DNA from: Flavobacteriales bacterium
Lineage (GTDB): Bacteria; Bacteroidota; Bacteroidia; Palsa-965
Direction: 5' to 3'
DNA length: 64,000 nucleotides
NCBI GenBank assembly: GCA_040377305.1
Contig: JBEIPA010000023.1
Coordinates: forward strand, 13,584 to 77,583
A program made the translations under genes and the position numbers. Position 1 is the stretch's first letter. Each line of letters begins with the position of its first letter. The notes beneath the pieces are model-generated. The model did not search any database, was not told the DNA's origin, and saw only the letters and a list, made by a program, of their open reading frames with translations. This document shows positions 28,804 through 38,940 of the stretch, in pieces.

Positions 28804-30714
28804 TTATCTGACGCCGTGCATCATTTTTAACAACATTCCGCTCAGGAAGAAGAGAATCACGGACGCAACTCCCGCCATAAAGACGAAAAGCATGAAAAAC
28901 GAATAGAGGTCATTGATCTTATATCCCAGGAAAGATTTCTCTTTAACAATTGACCCTTGGAAAGCGCTTTTTACTACGGCCTCTTTATCCGCTTTTGCAA
29001 CATCACCAAAGCTCAGGTTATCGATGCTGTAGTAACGGGTGCCAGCAATGGTATCAACTTTCTCCGCGTTCGCAACCATGGTAATTCCTGTCTTCGTCTG
29101 CTGCTCCTCGATCACCTGGACCTGAAGCATGGTCTCCGGATAATATGAGCTTAGCGTTCCTGCAAACTTGTTCGCAGCTGCCGTTGAAAGGAACCAAACG
29201 CCCATCAACAAAGAAGCGAACTTTACAGGTGCAAGTTTGTTTACCATTGAAAGTCCGATCGGCGACAAGCACAATTCACCAAACGTGTGAATGAGGTATA
29301 AACTGAACAACCACATCATGCTCACTTTGGTAGAAGCGTCAAGTCCTTTAACACCAAATGCAATTACTACATATCCAATTGCAAGGAGGAAAAGACCGAT
29401 CGACTGTTTGTATGGTGATGCTGGTTCCATTCTGCGTTTCCCAAGTCCTATCCACATCATAGAGAATAATGGAGCGAAGATCACAATTGCAATTGCGTTA
29501 ATAGACTGGAAGTAACTGGCAGGAATTGTGTCGATTGAAACTCCTTCCGGAGCCAGACCGGCAATCAGCCAGATCATTAACAAAACACCAGCTCCAAGCA
29601 GTATCGCGAGTACTTCACGAATTCCTTTTTGTTCATTCTTCATCTTCGTTATCACCTTGTACAGGTAGTAACCGAGGATCGCAGCAACAATAGAATAAAG
29701 TGTTATCATGATGCCCTTGCTGATGTGCAAGCCAACATCCCGATTCGTTTGCTCTTCTGCGAAGAATGTCAAGGACGCACCCGCTTGTTCGAATGCTGCC
29801 CAGAAGAAGATTACGAAGAATGCAACAATGTAGATTACCCAGATTCGCTGCTTCTCTATTTTCGTAAGCGACTTATCAGAAATAATAAATCCTGGTGCGG
29901 CAATAGATAAAGAGAAGATGAACGAACCGATAATGCCTTGTCCGAGGAAATAGAAAAGTGTAAATAATGCGGCTTCAATTCCAATCCATGTGAAAATCTG
30001 CGCTTGAGTGAATTCAGATTTTACTTCTTTAGCCGTGTCAACATCCGCAGTTTCGCGCTTGCTGTTTGGTTTTGTACCAATTGGTTCACCAGTCGGAGTT
30101 ACGATGTAGTGATCTTTCAACCAAACGAAGATGATTGTACTCACGCACATCCCGATACACGCCGCAAGGAAGCCCCATTTGAAGTCAGCAGGATTTCCAG
30201 TGTCGCCAAGGAATCCGCAAACGAGTGGAGAGAAGAATGCCCCAAGGTTAATACCCATGTAGAAAATCGTGAACGCGGAATCGATACGACTGTCTCCTTT
30301 CGGGTAAAGCTGACCAACCATCGTCGAAATGTTTGGCTTGAAGAATCCGTTACCAAGAATAAGCATGGTCAATCCACCCATCATCAGAATAGGAGCAAGA
30401 CCTGCATTATCATAAAACGAACCGGCGAGGAACATAAAGAACTGTCCGATCGCCATCATAATACCCCCTACAATAATCGACTTGCGGTTACCCCAGTAAC
30501 GATCTGCCATGTATCCACCGATCAGTGGAGTGAGGTACACCAATCCCGTGTAGCTTCCGTAAATATCACTGCCGAGTGCTTTATCAAACAACAAGGCTTT
30601 GGTAAGAAAGAGCACGAAAATCGCGCGCATGCCATAATAGCTGAAGCGCTCCCACATTTCCGTCACAAAAAGCACGTATAAGCCTTTCGGGTGTCCTTTG
30701 GTTGGTTCTGACAT
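28804..30714 (-). CDS. POT/PTR family di/tripeptide:H+ symporter
   Basis: EMWERFSYYG, GGYMADR, GNGFFKPNIS, FYMGINLG and GELCLSPIG motifs. Confidence 0.95.
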   Translation of the reverse strand: MSEPTKGHPKGLYVLFVTEMWERFSYYGMRAIFVLFLTKALLFDKALGSDIYGSYTGLVYLTPLIGGYMADRYWGNRKSIIVGGIMMAIGQFFMFLAGSFYDNAGLAPILMMGGLTMLILGNGFFKPNISTMVGQLYPKGDSRIDSAFTIFYMGINLGAFFSPLVCGFLGDTGNPADFKWGFLAACIGMCVSTIIFVWLKDHYIVTPTGEPIGTKPNSKRETADVDTAKEVKSEFTQAQIFTWIGIEAALFTLFYFLGQGIIGSFIFSLSIAAPGFIISDKSLTKIEKQRIWVIYIVAFFVIFFWAAFEQAGASLTFFAEEQTNRDVGLHISKGIMITLYSIVAAILGYYLYKVITKMKNEQKGIREVLAILLGAGVLLMIWLIAGLAPEGVSIDTIPASYFQSINAIAIVIFAPLFSMMWIGLGKRRMEPASPYKQSIGLFLLAIGYVVIAFGVKGLDASTKVSMMWLFSLYLIHTFGELCLSPIGLSMVNKLAPVKFASLLMGVWFLSTAAANKFAGTLSSYYPETMLQVQVIEEQQTKTGITMVANAEKVDTIAGTRYYSIDNLSFGDVAKADKEAVVKSAFQGSIVKEKSFLGYKINDLYSFFMLFVFMAGVASVILFFLSGMLLKMMHGVR

Positions 30715-30849
30715 TATATGTTCGTTTTTTTGATTTTTTGGATGCTTGCGAAGATAACAGATTTACCTGCTAAAGACGCAGCCAAACCCCATTCGATTGG
30801 CACGTGGACAAGAATGGCTATAAGTGGTTGCATTTTAGCCGCTTAAGAT

Positions 30850-30874
30850 TGTCAGACTGTCCGCCGCGGCGGAG
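30850..30874. repeat. REP-like palindrome
   Basis: TGTCAGACTG followed by TCCGCCGCGGCGGA, a perfect 14-bp palindrome. Confidence 0.55.
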
Positions 30875-30902
30875 GCGTCAAACGTTGACTAGCCGCAATT
30901 GT

Positions 30903-33089
30903 CTAAAGATTCTCCTCAAGAAAAGCCGTCATTTTCACGTACAAGTGATAACGACCGCTACCCATTCCGTGATTCTGGTCGGGGTACATGAAAAAATCGA
31001 ACTGCTTGTTGGCTTTCACCAGCGCATTTACCAGCGCAACTGAATTCTGGAAGTGTACGTTATCGTCTGCTGTTCCGTGAACGAGCAAAAGCTTGCCGCG
31101 AACTTTATCCATGTTCTCTGTTGGGGAATACGCATCGTAACCTTTCGCGTTGTCTTGCGGAAGACCCATGTAACGTTCGGTGTAAATCGAATCGTAGAAT
31201 CTCCAGTTACTTACGGGTGCAATAGAAATCGCGGTTTTGAAAACATCAGATCCAACGGCAAGACACAAGCTCGCCATGTAACCACCATAACTCCAACCCC
31301 AGATTCCGATTCTTTCTTTGTCCATTCCCGGCATATCCCCAATGTAACGCGCAGCTGCAATCTGATCCTGACTTTCCAGTTTCCCCATTTGTCCGTACGT
31401 ACACTTCTTGAATTTCGATCCGCGGTATTCTGTTCCGCGATTGTCAACACATGCAACAACATATCCTTTCTGAGCGAGCATCTGGTGCCAAGGCAAATCA
31501 CGTTCCCACTGATCCGCAACCATGTTGTGTCCGGGACCGCCATACACAACCATGAGCACCGGATACTTCTTGTTGTTTGGATCAAAACCTTCCGGCTTGA
31601 TCATCCAGCCGTACAAAGTATCCCCGGACTCGTTCTTAAAGTTGAAGAACACCTTCTTCTGGAAGCCGTATTCCTTCGTTTTGTTCGAAAGTCCTTCATT
31701 CGTGCGGAGAGTCATGAGTTCTTTTCCGTCTGATGAATTCATCGTGATGTAGTTCGGCGTATTCGCAGTAGAATAGTAATTCACGAAATACTTCATGCCT
31801 TTACTGAAAGTAACCTTGTTCGATCCCACTTTCGGAGTAAGTTTTTTCTTACCCGTTCCATCCAGCTTGATGCTGTATGCACTGGTGGTGTACGGTGTGC
31901 CTTCGTTGCCTGAATAGAAAATGGTTTTGGATTTCTCATCGTAACCGTAATAATTGATTACATCCCACCAACCTTTTGTAATCTGCCGAACAAGCGTTCC
32001 ATCCATGTTGTAGTGGTACAAATGTGTACGGCCATCCAGATCATTGCTCCACAAAAACGATTTACCGTCTGCGAGGAATGTCAAATGATCACATACTTCC
32101 ATATACGTGCTGCTGTTTTCAGTCAACATCACCATTGCGGTTCCTGTGGTAGCATCAGCAAACAAGAGCTCTTGCTTGTTCTGCAAACGATTCATGCGAA
32201 TGAAAGAAAGCTTATTCGCGTCTTTCGTCCATTGCATGCGAGGGATGTACTGATCAGTTTCTTTCCCAACATCAACCGGAATGGTTTTCATCGTTGCCAG
32301 ATCGTAAACGTGAAGCGTAACGGTAGAATTCTTCTCGCCAGCCTTCGGATACTTGAACGTCGATGGTTCGGGATACAAACCGGTGTTGTACATCGTCATC
32401 TGGTATTCTTTCACCAGACTTTCATCAAAGCGATAGAATGCAATCTTTTTGCTGTCGGGCGACCATGCAAGTCCATTCGGTAGAGCAAATTCTTCTTCAT
32501 ACACCCAATCAGTTCCGCCGTTGATGATCTTGTTCCACTCTCCATCGGTTGTGACTTGCGTTTCCTTATTCGTGGCAAGATCAACTACGAAAATGTTGTT
32601 GTCGCGAACGAAAGCAATCTTCTTACCATCGGGAGAAAACTGAGCCAGACGCTGTTTGCCGTTTGTGGAAAGTGGAGTAAGCTGCTTCGTCTTTACGTCG
32701 TACACGTAATTTGCTTCCCGTGTAGAATAACGATAGATATACTCTATATCGGTTGCAAACAGAATTTTCGACTCGTCGGGACTAAATGTATAGGAGCTGC
32801 ATTCGATGGGTTTGCTTTGTCCTGCAGGTACCAGATCATCGCCGTCGAAAATCATATCGAGTTTCTTGCCCGACTTGATTTCATAACGGAACAATTTCGT
32901 GCCTTCAACTCCAGAGCCGAAAGCAGCGTAGTGTTCACCGCTATTCAGCCAATCCATACCATAAACAACGTCCTGGCGGAAAGTTCCTTTAACGAAAATG
33001 TCTTCATTAGTGATATCCTTCACTACACCGCCAAACACTGTTGATGATGCTGTGAACAACAAACCGAAAACGACTGCAAATTTCTTCAT
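30903..33089 (-). CDS. Dipeptidyl peptidase IV (S9B)
   Basis: DWVYEEE, YPKAG, GWSYGG, YDSIYTERYMG, HGTADDNVH and catalytic His in DQNH. Confidence 0.96.
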   Translation of the reverse strand: MKKFAVVFGLLFTASSTVFGGVVKDITNEDIFVKGTFRQDVVYGMDWLNSGEHYAAFGSGVEGTKLFRYEIKSGKKLDMIFDGDDLVPAGQSKPIECSSYTFSPDESKILFATDIEYIYRYSTREANYVYDVKTKQLTPLSTNGKQRLAQFSPDGKKIAFVRDNNIFVVDLATNKETQVTTDGEWNKIINGGTDWVYEEEFALPNGLAWSPDSKKIAFYRFDESLVKEYQMTMYNTGLYPEPSTFKYPKAGEKNSTVTLHVYDLATMKTIPVDVGKETDQYIPRMQWTKDANKLSFIRMNRLQNKQELLFADATTGTAMVMLTENSSTYMEVCDHLTFLADGKSFLWSNDLDGRTHLYHYNMDGTLVRQITKGWWDVINYYGYDEKSKTIFYSGNEGTPYTTSAYSIKLDGTGKKKLTPKVGSNKVTFSKGMKYFVNYYSTANTPNYITMNSSDGKELMTLRTNEGLSNKTKEYGFQKKVFFNFKNESGDTLYGWMIKPEGFDPNNKKYPVLMVVYGGPGHNMVADQWERDLPWHQMLAQKGYVVACVDNRGTEYRGSKFKKCTYGQMGKLESQDQIAAARYIGDMPGMDKERIGIWGWSYGGYMASLCLAVGSDVFKTAISIAPVSNWRFYDSIYTERYMGLPQDNAKGYDAYSPTENMDKVRGKLLLVHGTADDNVHFQNSVALVNALVKANKQFDFFMYPDQNHGMGSGRYHLYVKMTAFLEENL

Positions 33090-33201
33090 GAGATGTGATG
33101 GATTGCGATAAATTTACCGGTGAAAATACTCATTTATTCGGGCTGCAAACAGTGCATTCTTCCCGATGGCGATGAGGTATTACCAAAGGACGATTTCAAG
33201 G

Positions 33202-34605
33202 ATGAAATACAATCAACCTTCACCAGCTGATGTTGAAGCACTCAAAGCGATTTGTGGTGCTGAACATGTGTTTGTAGACGAAGAATCGCTGGAGAAATAC
33301 GGTCAGGATGAAACGGAAGACTTGTTGTACAAACCTGCTGCTGTTGTGCGTCCGTTGAATGCGGAACAGATCAGCAAAGTGGTGCTGCTGTGCAATGAGA
33401 AGTTGATTGCACTAACGCCACGTGGAGCAGGAACCGGACTGAGTGGGGGAGCGCTTCCCGTTTTCGGTGGCATTGTTTTGTCGATGGAGAAGTTCAATCG
33501 CATTCTGGAAATCGATGAGCGGAATTTGCAGGCTACTGTTGAGCCCGGTGTAATCAACGAAGTATTTCAGGAGGCCGTGCGGGAGAAAGGATTGTTTTAT
33601 CCGCCCGATCCGGCTTCGAAGGGAAGTTGTTTTCTCGGAGGTAACATTGCACACAGTTCCGGTGGACCGAAAGCGGTGAAGTATGGAACCACGCGTGATT
33701 ATGTATTGAATCTCGAAATGGTTCTGCCCACCGGTGAAATCATCTGGACCGGCGCGAATGTGCTGAAGTATTCCACCGGATACAATCTCACACATCTCAT
33801 GATTGGCAGTGAAGGAACACTCGGAATTATCACGAAGATTGTTTTCCGTTTGATTCCATATCCGAAGAATAATCTGGTGATGCTGGTTCCGTTCAATTCT
33901 GCCGAGAAAGCCTGTGAAGCCGTGAGTGCCGTATTTCGTGCTGGAATTACTCCATCCGGAATGGAATTCATGGAGCGTGATGCCATTGATTGGGTAAGAA
34001 ATTTCGCGGAAAATATCAAAGTAGTTGTGGGTGATGACGTTCAGGCTCACTTGCTCATCGAAGTCGACGGGAATGATATGGACGCGTTGTACATTGATGC
34101 TGAAAAAATAAACTCCGTCGTTTCTCAATACGAATGCGGTGAAGTTCTTTTCGCAGATACAGCCGATCAGAAAGACATGATCTGGAAAATGCGTCGTAAA
34201 GTTGCAGAAGCGGTTAAGTCGAACAGTGTTTATAAAGAAGAAGACACAGTTGTTCCGCGGGCAGAATTACCGGCTTTACTCAAAGGGGTGAAAGCGATAG
34301 GAGCCAAGTACGGATTCAAGTCGGTCTGTTACGGCCACGCCGGAGATGGAAATCTGCACGTCAACATCATCAAAGGAGAATTGAGTGATGAATTCTGGAA
34401 TGCGGAATTGCCGAAAGGCGTTACGGAAATCTTCGAGTTGTGCGTCAAGCTCGGTGGAACTATCTCTGGTGAGCACGGAATCGGTTTAGTTCAACAACCT
34501 TACATTCCAATTGCGATTGACGCGAAGCGTGTGGAGCTGATGCGTGGAATGAAAGAGTTGTTTGATCCGAAGATGATTTTGAATCCGGGGAAGATCTTTT
34601 ATTAA
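33202..34605 (+). CDS. FAD-linked oxidase, GlcD/D-2-hydroxyacid dehydrogenase family
   Basis: PRGAGTGLSGG, PPDPAS, GSEGTLG, GHAGDGNLH, SGEHGIG and LNPGK motifs. Start is 33166 or 33202. Confidence 0.92.
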   Translation: MKYNQPSPADVEALKAICGAEHVFVDEESLEKYGQDETEDLLYKPAAVVRPLNAEQISKVVLLCNEKLIALTPRGAGTGLSGGALPVFGGIVLSMEKFNRILEIDERNLQATVEPGVINEVFQEAVREKGLFYPPDPASKGSCFLGGNIAHSSGGPKAVKYGTTRDYVLNLEMVLPTGEIIWTGANVLKYSTGYNLTHLMIGSEGTLGIITKIVFRLIPYPKNNLVMLVPFNSAEKACEAVSAVFRAGITPSGMEFMERDAIDWVRNFAENIKVVVGDDVQAHLLIEVDGNDMDALYIDAEKINSVVSQYECGEVLFADTADQKDMIWKMRRKVAEAVKSNSVYKEEDTVVPRAELPALLKGVKAIGAKYGFKSVCYGHAGDGNLHVNIIKGELSDEFWNAELPKGVTEIFELCVKLGGTISGEHGIGLVQQPYIPIAIDAKRVELMRGMKELFDPKMILNPGKIFY

Positions 34606-34659
34606 CACTCTCCTAAATTCTATCTCTGATAATTCCTTGAAAGCCATTCTAACTGCACG

Positions 34660-36066
34660 TCACTTGCTCACTGGCATATGAAGCGCAAATGCAACTACAG
34701 ATTCAGAAGGTGGATTTGAAGTAAAAAAGTTTACCTTTTCACTCATCTGAACTTTCAATATACCATCCGTTGGGTTTAAATTCTGATTGGTGAAAAGTCC
34801 TGCCAGCCGTTGATCCAGAGATCCTGGCAGTCTACTGACTTTAAACATCAGTTCATTTATGTCGAATTCTGCTCTGGAAAAAATAATTGCAAGATTTTCC
34901 TGACTACAGTTTGCGCAGATTTTCATACTAACGCCATTCCCACTTGCCGGATCCTGATGTGGCACTACAAAAGTATTAGTGAGATCTCGATCCATTAATG
35001 GATTTGTAACCTGACCCAACAAATCATTGAAAGGATAAACGGGCTCGCAGGTACCGTCATTATTTAAAGCAAAAACGTAAACATAACAGCTTGTCGTTAT
35101 ATGCATTCTAAAGAAATCACCAGAATGCATTGGTGCTTCAAAATTGGTTGTTTTCACTTCGACTGGTTGAACATGACCGCTTACAAAATCATCATACTCC
35201 ACGGTTAAACGCGATGCACCGATGGTCAATGAAACTGGGACCACTTGACTGTTGGAATACTTCATAAGCTGAAAGCTTCCACTCAACGGGCAACTCAACG
35301 TAGATTTCCCAACTCTGATTTGGTCAGACCCAACGTAGTAGTGAGTTGGCAAAGGTTGAATAGTGGTCGTTGTTTGAATTGGTAAGCTTACTGGAGCACT
35401 AATTCTGGTATTAACCGGGATAGGCAACTGAACAAGGCTGTTCCACGGTTTCATATGTAGTTGATTGGCGAATAAAGTATTAATACTCGCATTGAGTATA
35501 CTGAGGTTTTCAAACTGGTTATGTTCATTCCATGTTTTAATGATATTGACAATCGCGAGCGTGACTTCGAAACCCATCTTGATCATTTCCGGATCAACTG
35601 GTCTTTGGTTAAGCTGGATGCGATCTGTAACAGGTTTCAGGTTCGTCTCGTAAGCTTCAATAGCTCCTATATAACCAAACGCATATTTCTTTGCAAAATA
35701 CGTAGAGGAGTCTACGGACGATTTCATGCGTTTGAGAGAATCAAGGCAAAGCAGGTCAGCTTTAATCATGTCGACCCATGCATTAAATTTTTGTGAAGTG
35801 ATTTCGTATCCATTCCTCAGGGCAAGCCTATCTTCTGCACTCACCTTGTCATTATTTCCAAACTCCGATATCTGTCTTTCTATTCCAGGTTTAAGTGTGT
35901 CTCTGTAACCCACAATTTTGGGTAAATTGTTAACGATAATGATAACGTCCTCAAACGTCACTTTTTTGCCAATAGGTTTTGCTTTGGCTGGATTTGTAAA
36001 ACAAAAGATAACTCCCGAAATGACTATCGAAATAAGTAGGAGGAAAGTGGTTTGTTTGATTTTCAT
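34660..36066 (-). CDS. Exported protein with helical N-domain, Pro/Thr linker and C-terminal DUF4384-like domain
   Basis: Hydrophobic N-terminus. HSGDFFRMHI...CYVYVFALNNDGTCEPVYP...ENLAIIFS resembles DUF4384. Confidence 0.7.
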   Translation of the reverse strand: MKIKQTTFLLLISIVISGVIFCFTNPAKAKPIGKKVTFEDVIIIVNNLPKIVGYRDTLKPGIERQISEFGNNDKVSAEDRLALRNGYEITSQKFNAWVDMIKADLLCLDSLKRMKSSVDSSTYFAKKYAFGYIGAIEAYETNLKPVTDRIQLNQRPVDPEMIKMGFEVTLAIVNIIKTWNEHNQFENLSILNASINTLFANQLHMKPWNSLVQLPIPVNTRISAPVSLPIQTTTTIQPLPTHYYVGSDQIRVGKSTLSCPLSGSFQLMKYSNSQVVPVSLTIGASRLTVEYDDFVSGHVQPVEVKTTNFEAPMHSGDFFRMHITTSCYVYVFALNNDGTCEPVYPFNDLLGQVTNPLMDRDLTNTFVVPHQDPASGNGVSMKICANCSQENLAIIFSRAEFDINELMFKVSRLPGSLDQRLAGLFTNQNLNPTDGILKVQMSEKVNFFTSNPPSESVVAFALHMPVSK

Positions 36067-36071
36067 ACACT

Positions 36072-38579
36072 TTATTTTTTTGTGGGTAATACAAATAGGT
36101 TAATCGGATCGTATGAATTTCTTCGTGATGATCCGGACTTCTGTTTTCGCGACGACAGGTAGAACACGCCATCCCGGCAATAAAAAGATAGTTCATCGGT
36201 ATCAAGAATTTCATTTTTTCGGATAAAATCTGGAGAAAGAGTATCTCGTCCCGCAGAACTATGCGGTAGTTCTTTATTTCCAAACGCCATTAACAATGTC
36301 CGCGCTAAAATTCCATTTTGCAAGCCGGTATCATCAGCCGCGAGTTCATTGGATGAACATGAGGAAATAGTTAAACAGGATGGGTTAATATATCCCGTTG
36401 ACACCATATTCTCCTGTATTGCTGTTTTAATATCAACTTCTGCTGCTTTCGAGTTTAATGCCGTTCCCGAGAAACATGCATCCAAAAGTATAACGGAATT
36501 GCAGCCTTTTTGATTGATCTCACTCAACAAACGATCGTACGTTATACCAGTCAACTCTGCGCTATTAGCAATGCAATCGTGGGTAATCATACAAAATGCA
36601 GACTTTCCTGTTACGGGATCATACATTGGTTTACCATGTCCTGAAAAGAAAAAAACTATAACATCATTCGCTTCACATTCTAATTCCCGTATTGCTTTCA
36701 GGATACCATTGGTAGTAGCCTGCGAATCTGTCAGAAGAGTTGTATAAACGTTATCCCAAAGTCTTTGTCCAGATGGTAATAATTCCTGCCTTCCAAAGGC
36801 GCTGTCAATTTGCCATGCATCTTTACTTGCAAAACGTAAATCACGAAAACTATTATCTCGATATTGGTTGATACCTACTGAGATTACAAATAAATTTCGC
36901 GTGCTGTCTGGAGGTTGTAAAAAATGATTTCGTCTATAATCAATTTGCACTTGACGACTCTCTACTACATTGCCACTATTAAATGTAACCAACAACTTTA
37001 GTTTGTTCATGTTGGTTTGCAATTTAACAAAGGCATAAACATCCACATAACCTTCACCATTTAACGAACTCCAACTCAAGCTATCTCTAGTTTGATACTC
37101 AACTGTGAGCTTGCTGTTATCTATAGGTACAATTGCAACTGATTTTATTTCTTCAGTAGTGTATATCCGAGCGACCAGCGAAAATTCGGGTACATCACTC
37201 GTGGCAGTTAATGAAGAGGGATTTAGCCATTTAATCGTGGCGGTTTCGTGTTCAATTGTATTATTCGGTGCTAGGTGATCAAGTAGGTCTTGCTGATAAG
37301 TACCTGTAACGATAAACTCAGGCAACGGATCCTCATTAATCTCAAACACTAGTTTAAGGTTAGTAGGTTCATCGGTCAATGGCACATCGATCTTCACGGT
37401 TTTTGAGCGTTTTACTTTCTTTCCCAATCGCGAATTGATCTGGCAGGGCTTATCATTAACCGATCCCGCAATATCTTCGTTCGCGTCGATATTATCAATT
37501 GTGCCGGTTATACTAAGTGTTTTTACGCCGCCTTCAATTGTAATGTATGTTGAATCCAAACTAAAAGAAGGACAGCCGGTATAACCTGCCTCATAATAAG
37601 GAAGAAGGGAGAAAAAACTTCGATATGATTTTCCGCCAACAACGCAATTCATATGAAAAGCACAAGTATCGAACAAGTCATCGTCCATGATAAAATAGAA
37701 ATTCTCCTGAATAGGGCTGAATTCAATTTTTGGCGCGAAACTCATGTGGTCACAACCAATCTCCCATTTTCCTAGAACATATCTCCCGTTGAAATTAAAT
37801 GTTGGCGTGAAATATTTGTTAAAGTGCATGAAGCACCCTAGTGAAGATTGACTTGGGAGAAACGAAAAAAATAAAGGTTTGTTCTGATAAAATTTGACTT
37901 CAATTGAGTAAGTAGCAACTTTTGCATTACGCCGAATGGCAAATGCTGGAGTACAATTGAATGGGCGCATAGTACGTTCAGAATAATTCAAATCGCAATT
38001 CCCATTCAACGTGTTGTAACCATCTAAAATAGTATCACGATAATCGGCCGAGATATGAACATTGATATCTGAAATGTTGTCATTGTTTAAGTCATAAAAT
38101 ATATCGTAATGACCCTCCGCTACGATTTCATTTACACCAAATAAGAATATCTTCTTTCCAAAAAGTTCTCGTGCTCCAGGACTCTCAGCCTTAATTGAGA
38201 GCTCAACTACGCTTTTGATTGCATCTATTTTGTGATCCGTTGCTTTGTAATCAAAACTAAGAATAGTTTCTTCATTGATTTTATCAATTGACTTCGCCCT
38301 AGTTCCCCAGCGTCGATCCCAGAATACCGGATGCCACGTGTTGCTATTGCTTATAACCCATTCTGAGGCAGACGTGTTGAGGTTTAACACAGCGCGATCA
38401 TCATAGTGCAAGGCATATGAGTTAGTGGAATCAAGAATACAACCCTTCGGCAAATATGAATCGTCTGAATTAACGATCGTCTTCTTTACCGAAGTCTTTA
38501 TCTGGGAAGAATTGATTTGTGCATTGACAATGTTAACAAATACAAGTGCAAGCACGGTTGCTGCAGTTCGCATTCTCAT
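36072..38579 (-). CDS. Exported caspase-family (peptidase C14) protein
   Basis: Signal peptide (…IVNA-Q). C-terminal VISVGINQY, LRFASKDA, AT..I, FFFSGHG (His) and ILLDACFSG (Cys). Confidence 0.88.
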   Translation of the reverse strand: MRMRTAATVLALVFVNIVNAQINSSQIKTSVKKTIVNSDDSYLPKGCILDSTNSYALHYDDRAVLNLNTSASEWVISNSNTWHPVFWDRRWGTRAKSIDKINEETILSFDYKATDHKIDAIKSVVELSIKAESPGARELFGKKIFLFGVNEIVAEGHYDIFYDLNNDNISDINVHISADYRDTILDGYNTLNGNCDLNYSERTMRPFNCTPAFAIRRNAKVATYSIEVKFYQNKPLFFSFLPSQSSLGCFMHFNKYFTPTFNFNGRYVLGKWEIGCDHMSFAPKIEFSPIQENFYFIMDDDLFDTCAFHMNCVVGGKSYRSFFSLLPYYEAGYTGCPSFSLDSTYITIEGGVKTLSITGTIDNIDANEDIAGSVNDKPCQINSRLGKKVKRSKTVKIDVPLTDEPTNLKLVFEINEDPLPEFIVTGTYQQDLLDHLAPNNTIEHETATIKWLNPSSLTATSDVPEFSLVARIYTTEEIKSVAIVPIDNSKLTVEYQTRDSLSWSSLNGEGYVDVYAFVKLQTNMNKLKLLVTFNSGNVVESRQVQIDYRRNHFLQPPDSTRNLFVISVGINQYRDNSFRDLRFASKDAWQIDSAFGRQELLPSGQRLWDNVYTTLLTDSQATTNGILKAIRELECEANDVIVFFFSGHGKPMYDPVTGKSAFCMITHDCIANSAELTGITYDRLLSEINQKGCNSVILLDACFSGTALNSKAAEVDIKTAIQENMVSTGYINPSCLTISSCSSNELAADDTGLQNGILARTLLMAFGNKELPHSSAGRDTLSPDFIRKNEILDTDELSFYCRDGVFYLSSRKQKSGSSRRNSYDPINLFVLPTKK

Positions 38580-38940
38580 AAGTGATGTTTGATTCAGGTG
38601 AATTCAAATATATAAATAGAACTCATATTAATAACTCATCTACGCTTAATTTATTATGTTACCAAACTACTTGTCGAGTGAGACGATGTTAACGAGTCAT
38701 AAAATCTTGTCACAATCAAGTTTCGTTTATAATAACGCGATCATCGATAGGTAGTTCGTCAATCTCAGTTAATAGCCAGGTATAAATATTGCTTTTCCGG
38801 TTCCTGAATTAGGCAGATGCTCATGCCCGAGATAACTCAAGAAATGACGCGGAAGATTTTGACCAGATTCACTCCATCAAATATCAATGGCAAGTAGCAA
38901 TCTGCTTAAGGTGTAACTATTTTCCGATATTTACTCCACC

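Noticed and set aside
30004-34128. Long antisense ORFs (30004-30681, 31053-31733, 33412-34128)
   Set aside because: Shadows of well-conserved genes caused by codon bias. No motifs.
38620-38700. ACTCAT/CGAGT short direct repeats upstream of the caspase gene as a LytTR site
   Set aside because: Too short, and the spacing is not consistent enough to support.
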